Numbered from the stretch's first letter, positions 36,312-49,065 are shown. The stretch: DNA of 64,000 nucleotides from Rhynchobatus australiae (GCA_034780895.1 JAUZTB010000070.1:12025419-12089418); one strand, 5' to 3'. Notes: generated by a model from the letters alone, not told the origin. Program-made: numbers and translations.

Positions 36312-39300
36312 CAGATGGAATGGATACATGCAAAAAATTCCCAGCATCTTGTGATTTGTTCCTATAATTCACAGGCATTTCAAGTCATTGGGCAGTTCAG
36401 CCACAACTGAGCATTGAATTTCTGTGCAGGCCAGAACACTGGTGATTCCTTCATTACATTTCCTACTGAACTTTCAAATAGGCTATCAGACAGCTGACTT
36501 ATTAAATAAATATGAAATCAGCAACCAATTACTGCAATGTATTTCCTTGCAGATTGTTAAATAGCAGTGGGGACTTAATTAAATGGTCAAGAACATATTA
36601 ACCAAATAACAGTTATGATTTGATGTCAAGTGTCTCACCAGAGTAATAATGGAAGAGTTACTCATATGGGACAACATAAACCTAAAACAATTTGAACAAT
36701 TGCATTGTGCAGGTGTATTACTTATGGCAGAAGATATTGTATATAACTGGACTGCAGTAAAATATATAAATGAAATGAGAGATGTGAAACTATTAAAATA
36801 ATTATGCAGTAGGCAAGAGTGGGCCATTTTAAAAGTAATTGAAAAAGCAGACAGAATGACTGAAGTAATAGAACTATGTTTAACTATACATTCTGCAGAT
36901 GCCTAAGGGGATGAGAAGTGAATATATTTGAATTTCTGAATATTGCAAGTTGGAGCAGGACCAAAGACATTTGTAAAATGTTTTTTTTTGTTGAAAGCAA
37001 CATAGGGCAAAAGGGCACAATTTCTATGGGGATTGTGTCCTAGGAGAGGGGACAAGATGAGAGATAACATCCTAGGAGAGAGTTTGACCTGAGACTCAGG
37101 AGAGGGGCTGGGCTGAGAGTACAAGGAGAGGGGCCCAGCTTGGAGACAGAGTCCTAGATGAGGGAGCAAGCTGGGAAACAGGGTCCCAGGATGTTCCGGA
37201 ACAAGAGACTGTACTTTTGGATATGGCATCCAGTTAAAAATGACAACTAATCTTTTTTAAAAGTCTGCCCCAAACTCTTCCACTGTCTCCATCAGCGTCT
37301 CAGACTGAAACAGATCATTTGCAACATAATGTCCTCTTCATCCCTCGGGTAAGCTTTTCACCCCACATAATCTATGCAAAGGTTGCCTAATTTTACTCTC
37401 ATCCACGTCTCTGTCACTTATATTTGACTATTATGTTACCAATTTAGTGGGGATAAATCAGGACTGGATCAGCCATTTGTTTTGCCCCACACTCAAATTT
37501 ACTTTTGATCTTATTCCGATGGTTTTCCACTGCAATTCCCAATCCAATCCTTGCTCTCTCCTTCTAAATTCCACCTTATTATCAGTATCCCATCCAGTAC
37601 CATGTCTCACTCATCTGTCAACCCATCCATTCTGACCAACAATGGCTCTAATCTCTCCTGTTTACAATTCTTTTCCATCCATTAGATCCCTCCATAGCCT
37701 GATCTACTGAAACTCCTTCAAGCTATAAGCCTCAAATCCTTCTGATTCTAGCCTCTTATGCATTTCCACAGCACTTCAACCCTCGAATGCTGGTCATACC
37801 TTCGGTAGCCATGCTATGGAACTTAACCCACGTGCTCCTCCACCTCTCAATTACACTCTCCTGCCTAGAAATTGGACACATTGTACAGAAAGCAGTTTTT
37901 TTTGCATACAAGGTTGCACTAACAATTATTTCCAGTCACTGGACACCTATCAGGAAATCAACAATACTGCTTAGTCTGCCCAGTGTTTGCCCAGCATCAA
38001 TGGTTTAGACGATGTTAGAGGTCACACAATGCAAGTTTCTCCACTGCTGTCAGAAACTGGAGGTTTTGATGGAACTCTGCTCTGCACATGAAAAAAAACT
38101 AAGAGCCTCTTGCAGGTTTTTGGGATGAATTGAGAATTAAAGGTACATCGCCACATTGATGTTTTGCAGGCAGAACTTCTCAGCTTCAGTTTCCAATGAT
38201 CAGTGCTATGGGGAATTAATCAGTGGGGCTCCCTTCACTGACTGGTGCTGTTTTAAAAACATCAACTGTTAGCAGCATGCTGCCTTGCAGTAGCCTGTGT
38301 GCGGTTCACCAAGTTTTGGGTCCCCAGATACAAAGGAGAACACGGTGTCTTCTCTACCCTGCTTTTTCTCTCCATTAGCAGTCTTTTCTACCACCAAGGC
38401 GATCAGTTGACTCCCTTCCTGGCAGCTTGACATGCAGCTTTAAATGGGAACCACAATAGCCCATGATTCTGTACACTAAATGCCATATCACTGCTTTTAA
38501 TATACTTATGCCCAAGTTTGCAGGAGATCCAAATGGGTGTTAAGAGCACATGCTTAATGCATTAAAAGAGGTAATTGAAACCCATCTATTTGACTTAAAC
38601 CTCAGTCACTCATCCTATCATCATGTTCTTTGCTCTGTAACCCAATTAGAAAAATAATTGTTAATACAATTCCTAATGGAGCCAGTTGCAGAGTATCAGT
38701 GTGACACTTGTGCATGAAGTCACTGCAATTGTTGTCCACTTATCACCTTTCATCTCCCCAAACAATACAGATATTGAGAGTCTCTTTAATATAGACAGGT
38801 GAAATTCAAACACCGTGCAGCAACTACTTCGTCAAGAACCCGTATTACCAACTTTGCCTTGATTGTCACTAATGCAGCTCCTGGCATAGACAAATTTAGC
38901 AAACCTTCCCAGTTAATGTGTGTCACTGACTCTCCTGTACGATGCTGATTCAGCTCTATCACAGGACTGGGCTCGGTAACTCCTATAAACCAGAGTCTTT
39001 GTTATTAATTACCTATTGTTAGTAACCCAGTCCCCTTTGCATTTTAAGACTCAATCACTGCTCCCCAGCTTTGGCTAATGTTAATGCAACTCTGTCACGA
39101 TGTTGATCTTAGTAAGCCTTGCCAGCCGCATTGCATTATTGACTAGATCTGAACTGATACTCAAGCTCAGCAACTCCTCTGGGTTGGTGCTGAGACTATA
39201 CACCAACTCATACCAATTGCTGTATAGACTGATGATAATATTGCCAAATTGTAAAGCAACATTCACACCACCATTGGTGAAAAAAAGATTTAATTCATTT

Positions 39301-39684
39301 CCCAAACCACGTTCTGTGAAACAAAATGGTATGGTATAATCAGCTGCCTTTCCCTACTTCAAAGGGTGCCTGACCAATTTAAGTCAACAGAAGTCACAAA
39401 GCCATGTCAGAATGGCTACAGCTAAAAACTTGTTTACATTGAGGTCACACCTTGCAATTTGTTGCAACAGTAAACCCCCAGAAAAACAATCAAAGTCTGA
39501 GGTGTAAAGGGAGTTAATGCGGTTACAGAAGCTGAAAACAGCCCCTCTGGAACTGCAGCTGGTCTATGTTATAAATCAAAAGATTCCCATTCAGCCAAGA
39601 TGTGCAATGGATGATGAATGTGTAAAAAAAATCACATTGCAGGCATTGAAGTGCATAAGTGATTGAAATAAACCGAAGCTTTAA

Positions 39685-40295
39685 ACATACAGAGAGAAAC
39701 CAATGGAACAGAGCCCAGGCTGTAATGTACAGGGGAGAGTGGGGAACTGAGCTTCAATACATTGAACAATGCGGTGGAACAGAGTCCAGACCTTACCATA
39801 CAGAGAGAGCCTGCAGAACAATATCTAGAATTCAACACACAGCCAGAACCTGGGGAACAGTCTGGGCTTTAAAACTGAAAAATCCCGAGGAACAGAGTAG
39901 CACCCACACATGGGGTGAGAAATGGGGACAGTTTCTACTTCAGCTCACAGAGAGAGGTTAGAGAATTGAGGCTGTGTTTCAACACAAAGGCTGCCTGGGA
40001 GCAGAGGCTGGTCACCAACACAGAGCTTGAAAGAGAGTTTGGACTTCAAAAACACAGCAGGAGGGCAATAGGCAACAGTGTCTGGGCTTGAACATACAGA
40101 GAAAGCTTAAGAAACAGAATATAAGCAATGATACAGAAAGAGGGCTTGGAAAAGGGTTTCAACACAGGGTGAAAGCCAAGGAAACAGAACCTCGGGAACA
40201 GAGTCTGGCCTTTAACATTCAGAACCTGGATAACAGACTAGGCTTCAACACTGAGATAGAGACCCTGGAGATCAGAGTCTAGGCTCCAATATTGA
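39685..40295. repeat. Degenerate minisatellite, unit about 38 bp (approx. ACACAGAGAGAGCCTGGGGAACAGAGTCTGGGCTTCA)
   Basis: Recurrent ggaacagagtc, cttcaacac and acagagagagcctg. Confidence 0.7.
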
Positions 40296-40689
40296 GAGGA
40301 GGAGGAAAACTGGGAAACAGGATCCCAAGGGAAGAGCCAAGCTGGTTGACAAAGTTAAGGAAAGCTTAGTGGGGGAAACAAGGACACAGGATGGGCTGAG
40401 AGATAGCATAACTTGAGAACAGATATCCACACATCATAATAAGAATGACATCACATGGTCTAGGCCATAAATGTTGTTTTCAATTGTGGTTGGACAGCCG
40501 GAGATGTTTTATACTTCATGTTAAATCGGATTACTTTTGCTTTCATTTTGTTTTCTTTGCAATACTTTGCTTTATTACAACGATGACTGCACTTCCAAAG
40601 TGCCTTATTGGTTATCCAGGGCCTCAATACTGCAGATGCTGGCATGGGAAAGGACACTGACATTGGTTGGCTTGTCTTTCCAGTGAATT

Positions 40690-41700
40690 TGGAGGACATT
40701 ATGGAGACAACATTGTGGTATTTTCCAGTGTCTTGAGGTGCCTGCTGTAGGTAGTCCAGGTCTCAGAAGCACATGGGAGGGCAGATATCATTGCCGCCTG
40801 GTAAACCATGAGCTTTGAGCCAAGTTTGAGGTCTTGGTCTTCAAATACCCTTTCACCTAATCAACCAAAGTCTGTGCTGACACATTGAAGGTGATGGTGA
40901 ATTTCATCATTAATGTCTGTCTTTATTGTCTCCGCAACATAGGGCATGCCTGTGCTTGGCTGCACAGCACCAGACTACTGAACCAGACACTGTTCTGAGC
41001 TTTGTCATAAAAAGATTCAAGAACATGCTCAAAACTTCCTTAAACAAATGCAACATCACCACTGATTCCTGGGAACCTCTGACTCTTGATTGCTTGAAGT
41101 GAAGGAGTATTCTGGATGGTGCTGAGAATCACGATGCCATGCATCAGAAGCACACTGAGGCCTTGTGTAAGAGCAGAAAGAATGCAGCACCTCATAAGCT
41201 GTCCACCTGCCCACCCATCAGCTACCTCCTGCCCTATCTGTATAAGAGCCTGTAGTCCCCGCATCAGCCACTTCAGAACCCATAAAACCAGAGTGGAAGT
41301 AAGTAATCCTCAAGCATAAAGTATTTAATTGCCTTTATACACCTTGAGTTGTCCAGTGATTGTTCTGTAAATGTTCTTTTTTCTGCTTGCTTTATTTCAC
41401 AAATTTCAATCATGTTCACATTCATACAACTTCTATGCCTATGCATCACATTCGTGCCATGGGTATTAAATCTGAAGTCTGTCATGAGAAGAGATCACCA
41501 GGTGGACAGAGAAAAAAGATTCAAGGGTGTGCTCAAAGTTTCCTTGAAGAAATGCAACATTCTCACTGACTCTGGGAACCTCTGGCTCATGACCACTCCT
41601 AATGGAGGAGGAGCATTCAGGATGGCATTAAGTTTGAGGCCATTCATCAGGAGCGCACAGAAGTCCTGCATAAGTAGCCAAAGAAGTGCACTACCTCACT
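40690..41700. mobile_element. RTE-clade LINE fragments (two plus-strand 3' ends at about 41005-41310 and 41480-41700, plus an upstream piece)
   Basis: PGGQRK/KRFKGVLKVSLKKCNI (ORFs 41349 and 41360), repeated as aaagattcaagaacatgctcaaaacttccttaaacaaatgcaacatc. C-terminal CPIC...HFRTH Zn-finger-like motif. Confidence 0.65.
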
Positions 41701-41809
41701 TAATTACATCTGGGCATAAACTCCACATCCAAGTAGCGACACTAGTTTTTGGAAAACAGAATTGTCATAAGAACTCAGTTCCTCAAAAGCACATGGAGCT
41801 ACACCCTAC

Positions 41810-41905
41810 CTCGTTCACACTGTGGTCCAGTGAACCCGTACACACACGCACAGCGACTTGGTCCAATGCAACGTCCTCCATTCTGGCAACCATTTTTACA
41901 CACGG
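41810..41905 (-). CDS. FBN2: Fibrillin coding exon, EGF-like 3 ((P)[31 protein letters not shown](D))
   Basis: 96 nt, acceptor CCATTAG|CC, donor CGAG|GTAGGG. It lies within ORF 41799..41996. Confidence 0.95.
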
Positions 41906-43168
41906 CTAATGGAGAAATGAGATAACATCTGTTAGCAATGCGTCCACGTATATTGTTTGAACAAAGTCTCCAAGCACGAGTGATTCTTGTACCCATTTCA
42001 GAAACATTAGATACGTTTTAGGTTACATGCAAGTTTTAGTGGAGGTAATTGTGGATTTCTGCAGTTTTTCAACACCAGTCAATATGAAGCTGCTCCGAAA
42101 CTTCAAACACTGCAAGCTGGCTTCATGCACGGATCATTACTTCCCGGAAACCACAGGTGAACTTTCCAACTGTTCAACGAAGGACGTGCCAAAGTAACTT
42201 CAACTGTGACAGATGTAGGTTGTTAGAAAAGAACCTTCATCAGAAATATATCATTAAGTAACTGCATAACAGTTACATTAATGCAAAGCCTAACAGGCCT
42301 GTCATTAAGGATGGCATTGTCACTTAAATGTTCTGCTTAAGCCTTAATTTTATCTTCTATGCCTTATTTGATGCTTGAAATTATCACTGAGTTCTGTGTG
42401 CATTTTCTGCTGCGGTGATATTGTCCCAGTATCTTAGTTGTCCAGTTTTCCAACCTGATTCCGGACAGCTAGACTATCTTCAGGTGCAGCTTATGGGCAA
42501 GGACTGGCTNNNNNNNNNNNNNNNNNNNNNNNNNNNNNNNNNNNNNNNNNNNNNNNNNNNNNNNNNNNNNNNNNNNNNNNNNNNNNNNNNNNNNNNNNNN
42601 NNNNNNNNNNNNNNNNNNNNNNNNNNNNNNNNNNNNNNNNNNNNNNNNNNNNNNNNNNNNNNNNNNNNNNNNNNNNNNNNNNNNNNNNNNNNNNNNNNNN
42701 NNNNNNNNNNNNNNNNNNNNNNNNNNNNNNNNNNNNNAATGGTAAGCCCATAACTGCAACAATGTTTGTACATTTGAGAAAATGTACCCGATTTTCGGTT
42801 GAAGCTAATTTTTTTTTATTGCTAATAACACAGTTAGCATGCCTACTGAACATTAAAGCAAATAACCAAGCTTCAGTATTAGTCCAAAGCATGAAACTTG
42901 CATCTTTTTTTGAAGATAAAGACTGATGGACTCTACTGCTATCATTATTCCTGTTGACCATTGGTACAAAACAAGTATCTGATGTAGGAAATGCAACGTA
43001 ACCTCATTTATTGATGATGAGGTTGACTGCAGGTTAGTTCTCATTATGTGCTACAGAAAATTCAAATTATTTGCACCTCTGTGGTTTCCATTTTCCCTGC
43101 AATTAATCTTCACTTTTCCCTCTCTGTGCATACGGATCTCTTTGCAGAAGTATATTGTTGATACTCAC

Positions 43169-43264
43169 GCTGCCCACAATGTGTTCCAGTGTATCCTTTC
43201 TGGCAAACACAGCTGTCGTCTGAGCAGGACCCACCATTCATGCACCTGACATTGCATTGCTGAA
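43169..43264 (-). CDS. FBN2: Fibrillin coding exon, EGF-like 2 ((V)[31 protein letters not shown](P))
   Basis: 96 nt, acceptor CTTGCAG|TT, donor CAGC|GTGAGT. It lies within ORF 43110..43337, and the split codons join to GTT (Val) and CCC (Pro). Confidence 0.95.
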
Positions 43265-43489
43265 CTGCAAGGAGAACAGAAGGAGTCAGATGTATCTGCA
43301 CCTGCAGAATGACAGAAGTCAACTGGAGTTTCTTCACATGTGGAATTTGTTACAGTCACATTCAAACACAGCTCAATGGCTGCAGCATCAATGCATTGAG
43401 TAAGGGTGAAATTCACATTCACTTTATTACTGGCTTTTCCCATTCAGGAAACAAACAGCTCAGCTCTCGTATCAGCTGTTACATCACTA

Positions 43490-44100
43490 TTATCTCACTT
43501 GGCCCTGACTATGTCTATCTTATTGTTCCAGACAATCTCATCATTCCTAATTGTTTCATTGTTCCTGATTTACATACTCATGCCCAACATCCTGGCTGAT
43601 TGTCTGGTTTGTTCCAATGAGTTTCATTGCTCTAGTCTCACTTGAGCCTAACTGTGTCAGACTGGTCCTGGCCATTTTACTTGAGCCCGACGTTATGATA
43701 TTTCATGATGTCTCACTTGCGCCCCTCTAATTTATTCCTGTCTTACTGCCAGACTCTGTGGCAGTCTTATCTGTCTCCCAATGTCTCACTTGTACCAGAC
43801 TTTGTTAGAACCCTCACTTGGTCCTGATTATACCATCATTCTTGTCTGCCTCACATCTGTCTGATTTTGTGGCTGTCTCATAACTATGTTACTTGTCCTT
43901 GGCGTTGTGTCCGACTTTGTGCCCAATTCTCACATCTGCCTGAGTTTATGTCTCACTCTTTCACTTACACCTGACTGTGTCTGGCTCTCTTGCTTGTGTC
44001 TGACTATGTGCCTGACTCTTTCACTCACGCCTGATTCTCTTATCATTCCCGACTGTGTCTCCAATTCTCCTTCTTGTGTCGAGCTTGCTTATGCCTGGCT
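43490..44100. repeat. Degenerate pyrimidine-rich minisatellite (core CCTGACTGTGTCTCACT)
   Basis: Many cctgact, cctgatt and tctcactt units. Confidence 0.65.
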
Positions 44101-44114
44101 GCACCCTTCCACCT

Positions 44115-44225
44115 AAGAATCAAAGGAAAACTGCAGATCTGGAAATTTGAAATAAAAACAGAAAATGCTAGAAGCATTTGGTAGGTCAGGCAACATCTGT
44201 AGAAAGGGAAACTTGACTGTGTACT
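44115..44225 (-). mobile_element. Penelope-type terminal repeat, truncated at N gap
   Basis: actgcagatctggaaatttgaaataaaaacagaaaatgctag...aggtcaggcaacatctgt. Confidence 0.65.
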
Positions 44226-44469
44226 NNNNNNNNNNNNNNNNNNNNNNNNNNNNNNNNNNNNNNNNNNNNNNNNNNNNNNNNNNNNNNNNNNNNNNNNNNN
44301 NNNNNNNNNNNNNNNNNNNNNNNNNCTGTCTCATTTGTGTGTGACTAACACTTGTGCTTAGCTCTCACTGTTCCCAACAGTGTACAATGCATTCCGTAAA
44401 ATTCCAAAGTTTTCCCCCCAAATGTGATGTGGTGTTACTGTAGAGTGCAATATATCCAAGTCAAAATTA

Positions 44470-44752
44470 GATACAAGGTATTTATTAGTCACATGTACAT
44501 CAAAATACAGTGAAATGCATCTTTTTGCGTTACTGAGAATGTACTGGGGGCAACCAGGGTCTCCACGCTTCTGGCGCCAACATAATGTGCCCAAAACTTC
44601 CATATGTCTTTTGAAATGTGGAAGGAAAGTGAAGCGCCTGAAAGAAACCCACACAGACACTGGGAGAACGTACAAACTCGTTACAGGTAGTGGTGGGAAT
44701 TGAACCCGGGTCGCTGGCGCTGTAATAGCGTTACACTAACCACTACACTACC
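44470..44752 (-). mobile_element. tRNA-derived V-domain SINE (same family as 5672-5879), near full length
   Basis: The minus strand reads GGTAGTGTAGTGGTTAGTGTAACGCTATTACAGCGCCAGCGACCCGGGTTCAATTCC..., with tail GCATTTCACTGTATTTTGATGTACATGTGACTAATAAA. Confidence 0.85.
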
Positions 44753-45274
44753 AGCTTAGTGAGCACATAGAATAAATAAGATCTAATACATTAAATAGTA
44801 TGTAGAAGTTCTGTTGGTCAAAATGATGTAGGTGTTGACATTAAAACTGCTTTGAAAGGTTGCTATGCCATTCTCAGTGATTCTGAACTGTGCTTTCCAC
44901 TTGGCACTGTTTTCCATGTTTATTTAGCTTCTGGGTGGGGCTGTGTGTCAATGACCAGAGGCTGATTCTCCCCTCTATTCTATTCTGAGAGACCCCCTAT
45001 TTGCATCACCATTTGTAATTCTAACCAAACACAAGGTTTATGGATCATCTTAACTCTGACACCATTTGTCTTCCTGACTAGAGGATAGTGGTGTGAACTT
45101 GCAATTTTACTGCCTGGAAAGAGTTCAGAGTACAAGAGGGATCTCAGGGGTGTTGAGTCATTGTGAATAGAACAGGACTCATTTTTCTTAATGGAATGAA
45201 AACCAGGAAGGTTCCATAACGGCTGTGCAATCTACATTATCTCACTATCCTCTGCACACCACACCCATCAGAGT

Positions 45275-46332
45275 TTAGCATACATGGATTTCCAGAAGGC
45301 GTTTGATAAGGTACAGCATAAGAGACTTATCCATAAGATAAGGACGCATGGAGTTGGGGGTAAGGTAATAGCATGGATAGAGGATTGGTTAACCAATAAA
45401 AGGCAGAGAGTTGGGAATAAATGGGTGTTCCTCTGGTTGGCAGTGGTGAGCAGGGTGCCACAGGGGTCGGTGCTGGGCCTGCAACTGTTCACGATATACA
45501 TTAACGATTTGGAAGAGGGGACAGAGTGTAGCATATCTAAGTTTGATGATGACACTAAATTGAGTGGTAAAGCAAATTGTGCAGAGGATGCAGAGAGCCT
45601 GCAGAGATATATAGAAAGGTTAAGTGAGTGGGCAAGGGTCTGGCAGATGGAGTACAATGTTGGTAAGTGCGAGGTCATCCACTTTGAAGGAAAAATAGAA
45701 GATCAGATTATTATTTAAATGGTGAAAGAGTGCAGCATGCTGTTGTGTAGAGGGACTTGGGAGTGCTTGGGCATGAATCTCAAAAGGCTGGCTAGGAGTA
45801 CTGCGTGCAGTTCTGATCTCCTTACTTTAGGAAGGATATATTGGCTTTGGAGGCAGTGCACAGGAGGTTCACCAGGTTGATTCTGGAGATGAGGGGTTAG
45901 ATGAGATGAGGAGATTCTGGAAATAAGGAGAGATGGAGTTGCTTGGGACTATACTCACTGGAATTTGGAAGAATGAGAGGGGATCTTATAGAAACATAAG
46001 ATTATGAAAGGGATAGATAAGATAAAGGCAGGAAGGTTGTTTCCACTGCCTCAAGATTCAGGTAAAATAGATTTAGGACTGAGATGAGGAGAAACTGCTT
46101 TTCCCAGGGCAGTGAATCTGTGAAATTCTCTGCCCAGGAGAGGCTACTTCATTAAATATATTTAAGACACGGTTACATAGATTTTTGCATTGTAGGGGAA
46201 TTAAGGGTTATGGGGAAAAGGCAGTTAGGTGGATCTGAGTCCATGACCAAATCAGCCGATACCTTACTGAATGGCAGAGCAGGCTCAACACGTCAGATGG
46301 CCTACTCCTGCTCCTATTTCTTATGTTCTTAT
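45275..46332 (+). mobile_element. CR1 (HER1-like) LINE, RT domain to 3' end
   Basis: ORF 45284..45718 contains MDFQKAFDKV...VPQGSVLGLQLFTIYINDL...KFDDDTKL...QMEYNVGKCEVIHF. The element ends ctcctgctcctatttcttatgttcttat. Confidence 0.92.
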
Positions 46333-46352
46333 AAAAGAGGAGCTCCCACTAA

Positions 46353-46487
46353 GGAGACAAAAGATTCTACAGATGTTGGAATCTGGAGCAATACTGATGA
46401 AGGGTCTCAATCCAGAACGTTGAATGCTTCTTTTCCTCCATTGGTGCTGCCTGACCTGCTGGATTCCTCCTGCATTTTGTGTGTAGA
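46353..46487. mobile_element. Penelope-type terminal repeat with short inverted 5' piece and hammerhead-like core
   Basis: agatgttggaatctggagcaata (inverted piece) is followed by CTGATGAAGGGTCTCAATCCAGAACGTTGA...tgctgcctgacctgctggattcctcc. Confidence 0.7.
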
Positions 46488-46784
46488 GCTCACACTAAGG
46501 TGTCCTCCATTACATGGGGGGCTATTGAAAGAAAGAGAAAAGAAAGATGCCATATATAATGTTGATGGCATTGATTTGGATGTTCAGGTGAAGTGATCAT
46601 TTGAAGGCAGTCATGAGCCTCTTCCCCGATCACATTTTTGCATTTTCATCCATCTTGAAAATTAAGATTTTAACCAAGTAGTAAAGCAGAGTTCTGAATG
46701 CCAGAATCTCAGGTGGGTGGGGAACTGGTGGCAGGCAGATGAGGGAAACATTTAAATACTTATGACAACAGTGGTTGATGCTGT

Positions 46785-48790
46785 TTATAACACAGAATCA
46801 ATTCCAGTAATTGACTCACATACAAAGGAGTGAGGCTGTCCCCACTCATTCACGTACAACAGGAATCTGGTCACTCATTCAATACAAAGCAAAGCAGTCA
46901 ATGATCGCTCACACACAACAGATGAAACAGTCCGTGCAACACATGAAACAGAGGGATGACCTGCCATTGGTTGCTCACGTATAACAAAGGTGAAAAGCAG
47001 CCCATCATTACACACATACAACTAAGGAGAGAGGCAGCCCGTTGTCAAGCTATACACAAGAAGAAACAAGCAGCCGCAATCACTCGTCTGCAACAGAGAG
47101 CTGCAGCACCTGATTTCATGCATACAACTTAGGACAAAGTAAGTCCCTTATCAGTGATGTACAGAGAGAGAAAGCAACCTCTGATCACACATGCACATGA
47201 AAAGAGAAGCTGTCCCTGGTCATGAACATGTATCAGAGGTGAGAAGTAGCCTCTTGTCATTCACATCGAAGAGAGGGATGTTGTTGACCCAGATCACTCA
47301 CATACATCACAGAGGGGCGCGACTGACCTTGGTCACTCAAAAACAATATAGGAGGAAAGCAGAAATTGATCATGAACATACAACAATGGTAATAAACAGT
47401 CCCTAGATCCTCACTAAGACAAGAAGCTATCCCTGGTCACTTACATACACCAGAGGCAAAAAGAAGCTTCATGTCATTTACGTGCAAGAGGAGAGTGTGC
47501 CTCTGTTCATACACATGTAACATAAGAGGGAAGCAAAATGGCCTCTGACGTACAATATGGGGGAAGAGACTTTGATTATTGATACAAAGTACAGAGAAGC
47601 AGTTCCTCACTATCTACATATAATAGGATAGAACCAATGCTTGTCTGCACATATAAACCAAGGATGAAACTTCCCCTCATCTCTAACGTAGAACAGAGTG
47701 GAGAAGGACCCCTGGACATGTGCATGCACACATCAAGGAGCAGCCTGTGCTGACTCATACTCCAATGTGAAAAGCTACCTCCAGTCACTCACATACAACA
47801 CAATCGAGAAATAACATGTTAGATACAGAGCAAAATACACTTACACACTCCAGAAACAGAGGCAGCATGTGTTAAATTCAGAGTAAAGCTCCCTCAGTAC
47901 TGCTCTATCATACATTCTCAGATAAAAAAATAAAAAGCATGTTAGGTACCAATTAAAGTTCCCTCAGCACTTTCCTGTCAAATACTTCCAGAGCAGAGAC
48001 AGCATGCAAACGGAATGCTGAGAACAATATTTGAAGTCTGTGGTTGGGGATTTAATGAAGTTATTTAAGATATAAAAAAGACAGGTTAGATACAGAGAAA
48101 AGCTCTCACTACACTGCCCCATCAAGCATTCCCAGGCCAGGGATAACATTCCAAAAACAGTGGGATGCGTCTTGGACCCAGACAACATTCTAATTGAATT
48201 CTTTTCTTGTTTTAATGAAAGAAAAGTGGGTTATCTTCCCCCCATTATCCATTAGTCTTTCAATCAAGAAGTGGATAGAAGCAGTTCCTGGTCCCACACA
48301 TAACAGAGGCAAATCACTCAGATACAATGAGGACGAGAATAAGCCTTTGTTCACACACACACACAAACACAAAGTAGAAAGGCTTTTCCCTGTTTACATA
48401 CATTGAACAAAGGCATGAACTAGTCCCTCATCTTTGAAATACAAAGTAGAAGTGAGGTAACCCCTTGTCACTCATATGCAATGAGGAGAGAAGCAGCTCC
48501 AGGTCATTTGCTCATAGTCAAATGTGGAGAGAAGCATCCCCTGACAACACACATCAAGGACAAAAGGAGATCCTAGACACTCACCAACATCAGAGGATGG
48601 TCACTGCTGGTCACCTACATACAACTACTTAGGCGAAAAGCAGCTGCTGCTCATTTGCTCACATGTCGAAGTGGAGATGGAGATGAACATCTGCAGGTAA
48701 CTCAGAGAACAAAAGCTACCCATGGTCACATACATATAATAGAAATGCAGCCTCTTGTTATTCATACAACAGGAGTAGAGAAGCCGCCAC
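46785..48790. repeat. Long degenerate minisatellite, unit about 38 bp (approx. CACTCACATACAACAGAGGAGAGAAGCAGCCCCTGGT), interrupted at about 47815-48150
   Basis: Dozens of catacaac, gagaagcagc and ggtcactca units. Confidence 0.75.
47815..48150 (+). repeat. Three to four decayed units of a 65-70 bp tandem repeat (GTTAGATACAGAGTAAAGCTCCCTCTACACTG...CCCATCAAACA.TCCCAGG)
   Basis: gttagatacagag, gttaaattcagagtaaagctccctc, gttaggtaccaattaaagttccctc and ggttagatacagagaaaagctctcactacactgccccatcaagcattcccagg. Confidence 0.65.
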
Positions 48791-48981
48791 CAATAACTTG
48801 TTTGCATATCAAAATCTGTAATATTGCTATTGTCCTTCCCTCTACATTGCACTTGGTTGGTGAGATTGGTAATGTTTCATTCTCTGTTCTTAGTAACAAT
48901 AAACTCTCACTGGAGTTCCTGTGCTGTACTCCTTTCTCACTCTATTAAAACCTGAAGAGGTTGGGCAAACAATCCAACTCT

Positions 48982-49065
48982 CATTAGGTCACTATACAAA
49001 TGCAAGTCTTCTATTCTCCTGAGAAACAAACTCTCCCTGTAAGCATCTGGATTGCAATCAACATT
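48982..49065 (+). repeat. Local copy of about 50068-50157 flanked by a 15-bp direct repeat
   Basis: AAACAATCCAACTCT occurs at 48967-48981 and 49066-49080. The insert differs from the donor by about 6 substitutions and 1 indel. Confidence 0.9.

Larger units (their letters stand above)
1058..41809 (-). other. Large phase-1 intron (about 40.75 kb, includes N gaps) between the EGF3 and hybrid-1 exons
   Basis: GT at 41809-41808 and AG at 1059-1058. The flanking exons join in frame as ...QCER-D-YRTG.... Confidence 0.9.

Noticed and set aside
41349-41909. 186-aa plus-strand ORF overlapping the EGF3 exon in antisense
   Set aside because: It is made of an RTE fragment and antisense exon sequence, with no coherent domain or splice support.
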